DNA of 64,000 nt from positions 1-64,000 of the forward strand of contig OZ223481.1 of the NCBI GenBank assembly GCA_965140785.1. Reading direction: 5' to 3'. This DNA is from an uncultured Ruficoccus sp. Lineage in GTDB: Bacteria > Verrucomicrobiota > Verrucomicrobiia > Opitutales > Cerasicoccaceae. Numbering within the stretch: the first letter of the stretch is position 1; every line of letters starts with the position of its first letter. Below the pieces are notes generated by a model. That model did no database searches. It was not told the DNA's origin and saw only the letters and a program-made list of their open reading frames with translations. Shown here in pieces: positions 36,905-45,597 of this stretch. Made by a program: the position numbers and the translations under genes.

Positions 36905-38212
36905 TCAATCCTCGTCCTCGTCGTCCACGCGCACGCGCACGTTGGCCGAAAGGATGCGTTTTTCGTCCACTTCGAGGATGGTGACCTCCAGCGGCGGTTC
37001 GTCGATCCGGAGGTCCTCACCAGCGTCGGGCATACGGCCCAGCTCGTCGGTGATCCAGCCGCCAAAGGTCGATGCCTCGGTCTCGCCGACATTGATTTCC
37101 AGCGCCTCTTCCAAGTCGTGCAGGGGTGTCAGCCCGTCCACGTGGAAGGCCTCCTTGCCCATGGGGCGGACCAGAGCCGCCTCATTGAGGTCGAACTCGT
37201 CCTGAATGTCCCCGACGAGCACCTCGAGAATGCCCTCCAGGGTGATGAGTCCGAGCGTACCGCCGAACTCGTCCTTGACCACGGCCATGTGAAACTTCTG
37301 CTGGAGCATGGTCTCCATGGCGTTTTCGAGCGGGTCGGACTCGTCGAAACTGGGAATCTCGCGCCGGATGCGCAGCAAGTCGGAGACCTGCCCCTTGCGG
37401 CGGAAAATGTCCTTGATGTGGATGAGGCCGATGCAGTGGTCCAGGTCCTCCTCACACAGCGGGAAGCGCGTGTGCCCGCTCTCGCGGGCCATGGCGAGGT
37501 TTTCGTCCACGCTCAGGTGCGTGTCCATGTACTTGACCTGATTGCGCGGCAGGAGCACATCCGAGACCTCCAGGTCGCGGATGCGCAGGGCGTTGCGCAG
37601 GAGATTGCGGATACGCGGGCTCAGGGACACATCCTCCTCACCCAGAGCGCGGATCTGCACCTCGTAGTCGAGCACGTTAAAGTCCTCCTTCAGCTTGAGC
37701 TGGAAAGGCCCCAGGACCAGTCCGGCGAGCTGGCGCAGCAGACGGGACCAGGGTGAGACCAGCGTGACGAACCCCAGGATGAACCACGAGGAGAAGCGCA
37801 GCGAGTCCTTCGGGTAGGCCATGGCGATCCCGCGCGGCACCAGAAAGCCAAAAACACTCGTGAGCGAGACCGTCAGCACGAAGGTGAAAAAGACCAGCAG
37901 CGTCTTGCCTGGCTGGGTCGAGAACCACTCGATCCGTCCAATGAGATAGAAAATCGTCGGCACCAGCACCAGGCCAAGCCCGATCGTGGTCAGCAGCACA
38001 CCAAAGCGCAGTACCTGGGCGATCTGCCCGCCGCGGTCCAGCAGCAGCGCCACCCGGCGGTTCTTGCGCAGGCGCTCCATCTCCTCGTCATCAAGCAGGC
38101 TGTAGCGCACTTTGACCATGCTGATCTCACATACGACCAGCATCGCATTGATAAACAGCAGCAGTAGGAGAAAACCTCCGTAGAGAAGAAAATCGAAGGC
38201 GGTCAGATTCAC
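36905..38212 (-). CDS. Hemolysin/CNNM family protein (DUF21-CBS-CorC)
   Basis: N-terminal TMs, DVLLPRNQV, HTRFPL, VKDEFGGTLGLITLEGILEVLVGDIQDEFD, CorC_HlyC tail. Confidence 0.9.
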   Translation of the reverse strand: MNLTAFDFLLYGGFLLLLLFINAMLVVCEISMVKVRYSLLDDEEMERLRKNRRVALLLDRGGQIAQVLRFGVLLTTIGLGLVLVPTIFYLIGRIEWFSTQPGKTLLVFFTFVLTVSLTSVFGFLVPRGIAMAYPKDSLRFSSWFILGFVTLVSPWSRLLRQLAGLVLGPFQLKLKEDFNVLDYEVQIRALGEEDVSLSPRIRNLLRNALRIRDLEVSDVLLPRNQVKYMDTHLSVDENLAMARESGHTRFPLCEEDLDHCIGLIHIKDIFRRKGQVSDLLRIRREIPSFDESDPLENAMETMLQQKFHMAVVKDEFGGTLGLITLEGILEVLVGDIQDEFDLNEAALVRPMGKEAFHVDGLTPLHDLEEALEINVGETEASTFGGWITDELGRMPDAGEDLRIDEPPLEVTILEVDEKRILSANVRVRVDDEDED

Positions 38213-39342
38213 CGTCGCTCGAACTCCCCTTTCAGCGATGCGGCCTGGGGACTGGATAGAATAGCTTCCAGCGCCTCCAGCAGCCTGTTGTTCTCCGCGG
38301 CGGAGCCCACCGTCACCCGCAGGTACTGGGGCAGGCCGTAGCCGTGGAGCGGGCGCACGATGATACCCCGCTTTTCAAGTTGTTCAAAGACCTCGCGGGA
38401 GTCGGCCACCTCCATCAGCACGAAGTTGGCTGCGCTCGGCGGGCAGCCCAGTCCGAGGCGCTCCAGCCCGGCGGTCAGCTGCTTCAGGCCCGCGGTATTC
38501 GACTGGCGCGACCCCGTGACAAATGCGTGGTCGTCCAGCGCCGCCAGTGCGGCGGCCTGACCGACACCGGTGCTGTTGAAGGGCTGGCGCACCTGGTTCA
38601 GGAGCTGGATCAGCTCGGGGTCGCCGTAACCGTAGCCCACGCGTAGCGAAGCCAGCCCGTAGATCTTGGAAAAAGTCCGCGTGCAGAAGACCTTGTGCCC
38701 CTCGTCGATGAGCGGGCGCAGGTCGGCGGGATCGTCGAGGTACTCGGCGTAGGCCTCGTCGAAGCAGAAAATCACGTGCTCGGGCAACTGCCGCACGAAC
38801 GCCTTCAGGTCGTCCGGGTCGGTCACGGTACCGGTCGGATTGTTGGGGCTGGGCAGGAAAATAATCTTCGTCCGGTCGGTCACGGCGTCGGCCATGGCGT
38901 CAAGGTCGTGCGCCAGGTTCGGCATGGGCACGGAGACCGGCTTGGCCCCGAAGAGCAGCGCAGCCAGCTTGTACACGATAAAGGCGTACTCGCCAAAAAT
39001 CACCTCGTCTCCCGGTCCCACGAAGGCCTGTGCCAGCAGCACCATGACTTCGTTCGACCCGGTGCCGACAAAGATCTGCTCCGGCTTGAGTCCGCGCACG
39101 GCGGCCAGCTTTTCGCGCAGAGCGATGGCGCTGCCATCCGGGTACAGGTGGGCGTGCCGCATGGCCTGCGCAGCCGCCTCGACCGCCTTGGGCGAGGGGC
39201 CCAGGGCGTTCTCGTTGGAGGCGAGCTTAAGCACGGCGTTGGGGTCGAGGCCGAATTCACGCGCCACGTCCTCAATCGGCCGTCCCGGCTCGTAAACCGG
39301 CAGGGAGAGAACTCCCGGCCTGACCAAATCGCGGTATTTCAT
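38209..39342 (-). CDS. hisC: Histidinol-phosphate aminotransferase
   Basis: YEPGRP, KLASNENALG, SPNNPTG, DEAY, RTFSKIYGLASLRVGY. Confidence 0.93.
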   Translation of the reverse strand: MKYRDLVRPGVLSLPVYEPGRPIEDVAREFGLDPNAVLKLASNENALGPSPKAVEAAAQAMRHAHLYPDGSAIALREKLAAVRGLKPEQIFVGTGSNEVMVLLAQAFVGPGDEVIFGEYAFIVYKLAALLFGAKPVSVPMPNLAHDLDAMADAVTDRTKIIFLPSPNNPTGTVTDPDDLKAFVRQLPEHVIFCFDEAYAEYLDDPADLRPLIDEGHKVFCTRTFSKIYGLASLRVGYGYGDPELIQLLNQVRQPFNSTGVGQAAALAALDDHAFVTGSRQSNTAGLKQLTAGLERLGLGCPPSAANFVLMEVADSREVFEQLEKRGIIVRPLHGYGLPQYLRVTVGSAAENNRLLEALEAILSSPQAASLKGEFERR

Positions 39343-39518
39343 TTGAAAAAGACCCTCTACGCTGCCATAACGCTCCCTTCTTGCAATCCTAAATACGATC
39401 TAGCACAGACCGGACCAAACGGACCGGGGATAGACGCTCATGGCGATATATCCACCGCAAGGTTGTAAATAGTAATCAGGAACCCAAGTTTCTCCCAGTG
39501 AGAATAAAGACAGATGAG

Positions 39519-39582
39519 TCGTGGATGGACGCGAATGAAACACGGATCGCAGGGATTCGGGTTTCATCCGTGTTCGTTCGTG
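39519..39582. repeat. Imperfect palindromic intergenic element (acgcgaat…acacggat…atccgtgttcgttcgtg)
   Basis: Shares the 15-mer cgggtttcatccgtg (39558-39572) with 62507-62521. Confidence 0.55.
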
Positions 39583-39678
39583 ACTGAATAATAGAGATAT
39601 TCCAGGAAGAGGCGGCATCCGTTGCGACCCGCGCCCCAATCCTTTAGCCATTCAGCCCTTTAACCCATTTCCCTTCCC

Positions 39679-40632
39679 ATGAAAATCGCCCTGACCGGAG
39701 CCTCCGGCCTCGCCGGCACCCATACCGCCCGCGCCGCCCTGGCCCGCAACCACGAGGTCCACGCCTTTTACCACACCCGCCAGCCCGCGCTGGAGGGACT
39801 TGAGCTGCACCAGCTCGACCTCTCCGAGCCTGAGAACGCCGTCGGCCCGCTGCTGGAAATCTTTCCCGACGTCATCATCCACACCGCCGCCGTCTCCAGC
39901 CCCGCCGACTGCGACGCCGATCCCGAGCGCGCCGAGAAGCTCAACGTCGCCCTGCCCCGCCGCCTCGCGCAAGTCGCCCACCACCTCGGCTGCCGCCTCA
40001 TCCACCTGTCCACCGACATGGTCTTCGACGGGCAAAGCGGCGAGCCCTACCGCTCGACCGACCTGCCCAACCCGGTCGGCCTCTACGGCCAGCTCAAGCT
40101 CCTGGCCGAGCGCGAAGTGCTCGAACACGGCGTGGACGAGGCCACCGTCCTGCGCATCCCCATCCTCACCGGCAACAGCCTTTCGGGCGCCCGCTCCGTC
40201 CACGAAAAACTCTTCCACGCCTGGGCCGCCGGGGAGCGCCCCACCCTCTTCACTGACGAAATCCGCCAGCCCCTCTCCGCCGCCAACCTCGGAGAAGTCC
40301 TGGTCGAGCTGTGCGAACGCCGCAACCTGCACGGCCTCTTCCACTGGGCCGGAAACGAAACCGTCACTCGCCACGAAATGGGCCTGCGCATCCTGAAGCG
40401 CTTCGGCCTGCCCGAGGACCTCATCCAGTCCGGCACCTGCGCGGGCACTCGCCGCCCCGCCGACCTGCGCTTCGAGCTCGCCCCGCTGGTAGGCAAGCTC
40501 AAGACCGTCCCCCTCTCCTACGAGTTCCAGCTCGACGAGATGGTCGTCCCCGCTGCCTGCCGCCAATGGTATGAACAAGCCAGCGGCCGCTCCGCCGCCC
40601 CCGTGCGGCTCAAGAAGGGCGTGGATTTTTAG
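39679..40632 (+). CDS. RmlD-like extended SDR oxidoreductase (dTDP-4-dehydrorhamnose reductase family)
   Basis: TGASGLAG, IHTAAVS, HLSTDMVFDG, YGQLKLLAE, FTDEIRQP. Confidence 0.85.
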   Translation: MKIALTGASGLAGTHTARAALARNHEVHAFYHTRQPALEGLELHQLDLSEPENAVGPLLEIFPDVIIHTAAVSSPADCDADPERAEKLNVALPRRLAQVAHHLGCRLIHLSTDMVFDGQSGEPYRSTDLPNPVGLYGQLKLLAEREVLEHGVDEATVLRIPILTGNSLSGARSVHEKLFHAWAAGERPTLFTDEIRQPLSAANLGEVLVELCERRNLHGLFHWAGNETVTRHEMGLRILKRFGLPEDLIQSGTCAGTRRPADLRFELAPLVGKLKTVPLSYEFQLDEMVVPAACRQWYEQASGRSAAPVRLKKGVDF

Positions 40633-41141
40633 GGATCACGGGTCTCCAGCGTAGGCGCATTTTCGGTGGGTGCATCCACCGAATCGGCGCGGGTCCGGGC
40701 CACCCACCCCCAGAAATCTTCTTCGTGCATGGCTTCGACATAGCCTTCCCAGTGAAGGACAAACCGCCACCGCCTTCCCGAATCAGAGACACTAAAGGCG
40801 GGCGCGATGGCGACAACAGTATCCGAGGCTCCATCCTCAGGCCATTCAGAGACAACAATCATCCAGTCTGCCAACAGGCTGTCGTCCTCTTCGGAAACCA
40901 TAAACGCCAGATGGTCTCTGTGGGCGGCATATTCAGACAATTCAAACACACTGGCCGGAATTGCCTGTCCGCGCTCATGATGATTCCGAAGCATAGCCCC
41001 CACCTGCCGAAGATTCGCGCTATTAGCAACCTGAAAGGCACGTGCCGATGTGAATCCGATCAATGGGATAACTATTGCCGACAAAAAGCCCACGCAAACT
41101 ACCACGCAAAGGGCAATGACAAAGACCTTTCTCGCTTTCAC
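40629..41141 (-). CDS. Hypothetical membrane-anchored protein, pilin/DUF1559-like
   Basis: TM followed by SARAFQVANSANLRQVG and a C-terminal RFVLHWEGYVE resembling the 'V-x-F-x-DGHV' tail of PVC pseudopilin-like proteins. Confidence 0.5.
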   Translation of the reverse strand: MKARKVFVIALCVVVCVGFLSAIVIPLIGFTSARAFQVANSANLRQVGAMLRNHHERGQAIPASVFELSEYAAHRDHLAFMVSEEDDSLLADWMIVVSEWPEDGASDTVVAIAPAFSVSDSGRRWRFVLHWEGYVEAMHEEDFWGWVARTRADSVDAPTENAPTLETRDP

Positions 41142-41221
41142 ATGGAATATTATTTACGATTACGCACCCGTAATCAAGCCACTCTTGCCATCAATATCTT
41201 AATCCTCGTAGCGTTTGATTT

Positions 41222-41932
41222 GTGCACATCCTCCCCACACGCACCGCCAGCGCCGCCGCCAACATGGCCGCGGACCTGATGCTGCTGGAGGCGTATCCAG
41301 TTTCCGATACGCCGCGATTCCGACACTACGGTTGGAGCGGGCCGGCGTGGAGCTTCGGGCTCTCGCAATCCTTTAACGAAACCCACGAGCGCATCCTCGC
41401 CCTGCCCTGCGAACTGGTACGCCGACCCACCGGCGGCGGGCTCGTCGATCACCTGGACGACTGGACCTACGCGCTCGTCGTCCCCCCAGGCTCGACCGGC
41501 TACCGCGACGGCCCCGCCGCGCTCTACCGGCTCGTCCACGAGCAGATCGCAGCCGCCTTTGCCGAGCAGGGGCTGGCCAGCGAGCTGCACGCGACCCAAA
41601 GCACCGACGGGCTGCACGCGGTCTGTTTCGAGCAGCCCGAACAGTACGACCTGACCCTCCCCGGCGGCGAAAAGATCGCCGGAGCCGCCCAGAAGCGCAC
41701 CCGCGACGGCCTGCTCGTGCAGGGGAGCATTACGCGCAAGTTACCCGTATCCATAAATTGGATACAGTTCGCCCAAGACTTCGCTGACGCGCTGGCCGGG
41801 CTTTTCGGCACCCAGCCCGCCGCCGTCGGCTGGCCCGACTGGGACGAGCAACGCTTCGCCCGCGAAACCGCCCGCTTCGCCTCCGAAACGTGGACCCGCC
41901 GCAGGGCAAGCCCTGTCCCAGAAAAATCATGA
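41222..41932 (+). CDS. Lipoate-protein ligase A family (LipM/LplA-like)
   Basis: NMAADLML, RHYGW, VRRPTGGGLVDH, VCFE, KIAGAAQKR. Confidence 0.88.
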   Translation: MHILPTRTASAAANMAADLMLLEAYPVSDTPRFRHYGWSGPAWSFGLSQSFNETHERILALPCELVRRPTGGGLVDHLDDWTYALVVPPGSTGYRDGPAALYRLVHEQIAAAFAEQGLASELHATQSTDGLHAVCFEQPEQYDLTLPGGEKIAGAAQKRTRDGLLVQGSITRKLPVSINWIQFAQDFADALAGLFGTQPAAVGWPDWDEQRFARETARFASETWTRRRASPVPEKS

Positions 41933-41948
41933 TGAGAAAGGTGGCGAC

Positions 41949-42037
41949 CCAGTTTTGATGCTCGGGCCTCGGCGATTGCGTGAACCAGCGACGCTGGTTC
42001 ACGCAATCGCCGACACGATGCGGCAGCATCGAAAGTG
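41949..42037. repeat. Hairpin element, family C (inner perfect 22-bp stem, 1-nt spacer)
   Basis: 41969-41990 is the exact reverse complement of 41992-42013. Flanks are ccagttttgatgct and agcatcgaaagtg. Confidence 0.75.
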
Positions 42038-42092
42038 CAGACTTCGTCTGCTGCGGGTCTGGGCTGCACAAGCCCAGAAAAAAACAAATCCC

Positions 42093-43346
42093 CTACCCCC
42101 GCCGGAGGACGGCGACGTTCTCGATGTGGCGGGTCTGGGGGAAGAGGTCGAAGGGCTGCACCTCCTCCAGGGTGTAACCGCCGGCAAGCAGCATTTTTAA
42201 ATCCCTCGCCTGGGTGGCCGGATCGCAGGAGACATAGACCACACGAGCCGGGCCGAGCGCGAGTAGTTGCTTGATAAAAGCTTCGTCGCAACCGGCACGG
42301 GGCGGGTCGATGATCATGGCGGTTTCGTCGCCAGGAAAATTGATGGAGGCGAAGATCGACTCGGCCTCGCCGATGAGGAACTCGGCGTTTTTAATGGCGT
42401 TGACGGTGGCGTTGGTGTTGGCCCAGCGCACGGCGCTGGCGTTGACCTCGACCCCCGCCACACGCTCGAAGTGCCGCGCCCCGCACAGGGCAAAGACGCC
42501 GACCCCGCAGTACGCATCGATCAGATAGCGCACGCCCGGCACCTGCGCCCGCTCCAGCACGTACTCGACGAGCTCGGGCAGGATAAAGGGATTGTTCTGA
42601 AAGAAGTTACCGGCCAGAAACTGGAAAACGGTGGAGCCGATTTTCTCGGAAACCGACTCGTTGTTGTCCGTGGTCACGCCCTCGAGCGTGTGGCGCAGCA
42701 GGAGCGTGCCGCCCTTGCGCAGCTTGGCCGAGCGGTCGCGGATGCGTTTGCGCTCCTCAGGCAGGGCGGCGTTGATCGCCTCCGTGGCGATGGGGCAGGC
42801 GGGCACGTCCACGATGCGGTTGCGCTGCCCCTGATGCAGGAAGCCGATGGGCAGCTCGCGCGGCGGCTGTTGGGTTTCGGCGCCGGGTTTTTGTTTAAAA
42901 GGCTTCGGGTAGTGCGGGGTGAGTTTCGAGCGGTAGTGGTACTCACGCGGCGAGCCGTGGGTCGGATTGACCGGGTGGGTGATCCCGGCCAGGCGCACGA
43001 GCAGCTCCGACACCTGCTGCCGCTTCCACTCGCGCTGGGCGGCATAGCTCATGTGCTGATACTGGCAGCCGCCGCAGCGCCCAAACAGCGGGCAATTGGG
43101 CTCGACCCGCTCGGGCGAAGGCTCCAGCACCTCGACCAGATCGGCGTCGGAGTGCTGCTTGTGGTTGCGGTAGATGCGCACGCACACAAGCTCGCCGGGC
43201 AGGGCGAAGGGCACCATCACGACCCAGCCGTTCACGCGGCCGAGACCGGCCCCGAGATTGGTCAGGGTGTCGATACGCAGCTCCAGCACTTCGTGGTAGG
43301 CGAAGGGCTCGGGCTTGAAATTCTTTGGGGCCTCGGGCGCAGTCAT
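42093..43346 (-). CDS. rlmD: 23S rRNA m5U methyltransferase (RlmD/TrmA family, TRAM domain)
   Basis: TRAM N-terminus, CPLFGRCGGCQYQH, FFQNN, DAYCGVG, DPPRAG, YVSCDPATQARD, FDLFPQTRHIE. Confidence 0.9.
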   Translation of the reverse strand: MTAPEAPKNFKPEPFAYHEVLELRIDTLTNLGAGLGRVNGWVVMVPFALPGELVCVRIYRNHKQHSDADLVEVLEPSPERVEPNCPLFGRCGGCQYQHMSYAAQREWKRQQVSELLVRLAGITHPVNPTHGSPREYHYRSKLTPHYPKPFKQKPGAETQQPPRELPIGFLHQGQRNRIVDVPACPIATEAINAALPEERKRIRDRSAKLRKGGTLLLRHTLEGVTTDNNESVSEKIGSTVFQFLAGNFFQNNPFILPELVEYVLERAQVPGVRYLIDAYCGVGVFALCGARHFERVAGVEVNASAVRWANTNATVNAIKNAEFLIGEAESIFASINFPGDETAMIIDPPRAGCDEAFIKQLLALGPARVVYVSCDPATQARDLKMLLAGGYTLEEVQPFDLFPQTRHIENVAVLRRG

Positions 43347-43502
43347 AGAGTCAAGGGACGGTTATATTCATGCCGCACCGGGCCGCGTCAAAGCAAATGC
43401 GGCGCACGGTTGCACTCGCCCCAGCCATTCAAGCCAGGATTGAGCGCAAGCGGCCTCAACATTTTCTCGCGTGGGCGGCGTCGGCGCCTCTTAATTTTCC
43501 CC

Positions 43503-44303
43503 ATGCCCGTGACCGACATCACCTCGCGCCAGAACCCCCGACTCAAGCAGACCGTCCGCCTGCACGAGCGCAAGGGCCGCGCCGCCAACGGCCAGTTCCT
43601 CGTCGAAGGGCGGCTGGAGCTGGCCCGCGCGCAGGAAGCCGGACTGGCCTGCGCCGAATGCTGGCAGTGTCCGGAGTACGCGGGCTACGACGAGACGCTG
43701 GCCGCGCAACTTTCGCAAGTAGCCGGGGAAACCTTCCGCGTGCCCAAGCCGGTTTTTGAAAAACTCTCCCGCCGTGAGAGCCCGGATGGGCTGGTGGCGG
43801 TGTGCACCCTGCCCGAGCGCAATCCCGACACGCTCGCGCTCAAGCCGGACCCGCTCATTGTCGTGCTCGAAGGGGTGGAAAAGCCGGGCAACCTCGGCGC
43901 GATCATCCGCAGCGCGGAGGTCGCCGGGGCCGACGCGGTCATCGTCAGCGGCGGGACCGACCTGACGAACCCGCACGTCATCCGCAACTCGCGCGGGCTG
44001 GTTTTCACCCTGCCGGTGCTGGCCATGGAGCCCGCCGCCGCCCACGGCTGGCTGACCCTGCGCGGGGTCAAGCTCTACGCCACCACCCCGGCGGCCACTC
44101 TCCCCCACTGGCAGGCCGACCTGGCCGGCCCCAGCGCCCTGCTCATGGGCAGCGAGGCCGAGGGGCTGAGCCGCTTCTGGCTGGAGAAGGCCGACGCGTG
44201 TATCCAGATCCCCCTACAGGGCAGCGGCGATTCGCTCAACGTCTCCGTCAGCGCCGCCGTCGTTCTCTTCGAAGCCGTCCGCCAACGCCAGGGCAGGACA
44301 TAG
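43503..44303 (+). CDS. TrmH/SpoU family RNA methyltransferase
   Basis: ITSRQNP, FLVEG, EKPGNLGAIIRSA, MGSEAEGL, IPLQG…SLNVSVSAA. Confidence 0.92.
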   Translation: MPVTDITSRQNPRLKQTVRLHERKGRAANGQFLVEGRLELARAQEAGLACAECWQCPEYAGYDETLAAQLSQVAGETFRVPKPVFEKLSRRESPDGLVAVCTLPERNPDTLALKPDPLIVVLEGVEKPGNLGAIIRSAEVAGADAVIVSGGTDLTNPHVIRNSRGLVFTLPVLAMEPAAAHGWLTLRGVKLYATTPAATLPHWQADLAGPSALLMGSEAEGLSRFWLEKADACIQIPLQGSGDSLNVSVSAAVVLFEAVRQRQGRT

Positions 44304-44420
44304 TCCTGCACCGGTGATCCTTCGGATCACGGATGGCTTTGCTTAGGCAAAGGCAGGGGGGTGTTTTCGGAGCCGGCGGGGGAAAGGAGAATGTCGTTTG
44401 CGAGAAATGCTCCGCGCGGG

Positions 44421-44460
44421 GAGATCCTTCGACTCGCTGCGCTCGCTCAGGATGACAACG
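44421..44460. repeat. REP-like element, family B
   Basis: gagatccttcgactcgctgcgctcgctcaggatgacaacg; inverted copy of 16949-16983. Confidence 0.75.
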
Positions 44461-44557
44461 GCTTTTTTTTAGCCACTGCCCCAGCTACTGCCCCGCAATC
44501 CTCCCAATCTCTGAGCGCTCTGTGACTTCTCTGTGCGCTCTGTGACCAGCCAAAAAA

Positions 44558-45547
44558 TTACCGGCGCTTCCAGTCTTCGACTAATTCGTCGAGCCCGGCC
44601 TCGGTGGAAACTTCGGGGGTGTAGCCGAGATCGCGGCGGGCGGCGGAGATATCGAACCAGTGGTCTTTGGACAGCTCGACCGCGACGAAGCGCGTCATGG
44701 CCGGTTCGCCGGACAGGTGGAAGGTTTTGTAAATCCACTCCAGGCACGCGCCTATGCGGGTGGCGGCTTGAGCGGAAATCGTGCGGGTGACGGTCGGCTC
44801 GCCCAGGCGCGTTAGAAGTTGGTTGATCCAGTCCCAGAGCACGACGGGTTCCCCCTGCGAAAGAAAGTACGCCTTACCCCCGGCGGTACCGCTCTCAAGC
44901 GCGTCGAAGGCCCGTTCGTGGGCGAGGGCCGCGTTTTTGACGTGGGTGATGTCCACCCGGTTTTTGCCGTCACCGACGATGCGCAGACGGCCCCGGCAGG
45001 CGCGGTCCACCAGGCGGGGGACGATGTGCGGATCGCCGACGCCCCAGATCAGGTGTGGGCGCAGGGCGCAGGTGCGCAGGCCGTTTTGGCCGTTGGCGGC
45101 GAGGACTTCGCGCTCGGCCTGGGCCTTGGTTTCTGGGTAGGGGCAGAGCCAGTTCTTCCCATAGGGCAGCGACTCGTCCGCCCCCTTAAAAGCCTCTCCG
45201 GTAAAAACCACGCTCGGCGTGCTGGTATAGATGAGACGCTGGACGCCGTGGCGGGCGCAGGCGGCGAGCACGTGACGCGTGCCCACGACATTGGCCTGAA
45301 AATACGCGTCCTTCGGGCCCCAGACCCCGGCCTTGGCGGCGACATGGAAGACCGCTTCACTCCCGGCCACGGCCCGGTCCACAGCAGTGCTGTCGGCAAT
45401 GTCGCCCTGGACGGTTTCGACGCCCCGTTTTTCCAGCTCCGGCTGGGGGGAACGACCGAGGATGCGCACAGAGAGCCCGCGGGCCAGCAGCCGCTCGACC
45501 ACGTGGCGACCGAGGAAGCCGCCGCCGCCCGTTACCAGAACTTTCAT
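44558..45547 (-). CDS. oleD: 3-beta-HSD family reductase, OleD-like 2-alkyl-3-oxoalkanoate reductase
   Basis: VTGGGGFLG, HVAAKAGVWG, YTSTPSVV, YPETKAQAE, LRPHLIWG, AARRDLGY; oleC-like gene nearby. Confidence 0.75.
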   Translation of the reverse strand: MKVLVTGGGGFLGRHVVERLLARGLSVRILGRSPQPELEKRGVETVQGDIADSTAVDRAVAGSEAVFHVAAKAGVWGPKDAYFQANVVGTRHVLAACARHGVQRLIYTSTPSVVFTGEAFKGADESLPYGKNWLCPYPETKAQAEREVLAANGQNGLRTCALRPHLIWGVGDPHIVPRLVDRACRGRLRIVGDGKNRVDITHVKNAALAHERAFDALESGTAGGKAYFLSQGEPVVLWDWINQLLTRLGEPTVTRTISAQAATRIGACLEWIYKTFHLSGEPAMTRFVAVELSKDHWFDISAARRDLGYTPEVSTEAGLDELVEDWKRR

Positions 45548-45597
45548 GGGGCGACGGTGGGGAGTGCGGGCTTGCTTGCCAACCTTTTTTCCCAAGC

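Noticed and set aside
39400..39651. 83-aa ORF in the hisC-SDR spacer
   Set aside because: Runs through a palindromic repeat in a divergent promoter region; no supporting features.
41949..42037. Integron attC sites or CRISPR repeats as the explanation for the family C hairpins
   Set aside because: No RYYYAAC/GTTRRRY ends or extrahelical bases, no integrase or cas genes, and no regular repeat-spacer periodicity.
42267..43502. Long N-terminal extension of the TrmH ORF (678 aa in the track)
   Set aside because: Overlaps rlmD on the opposite strand; the family match begins at ATG 43503.
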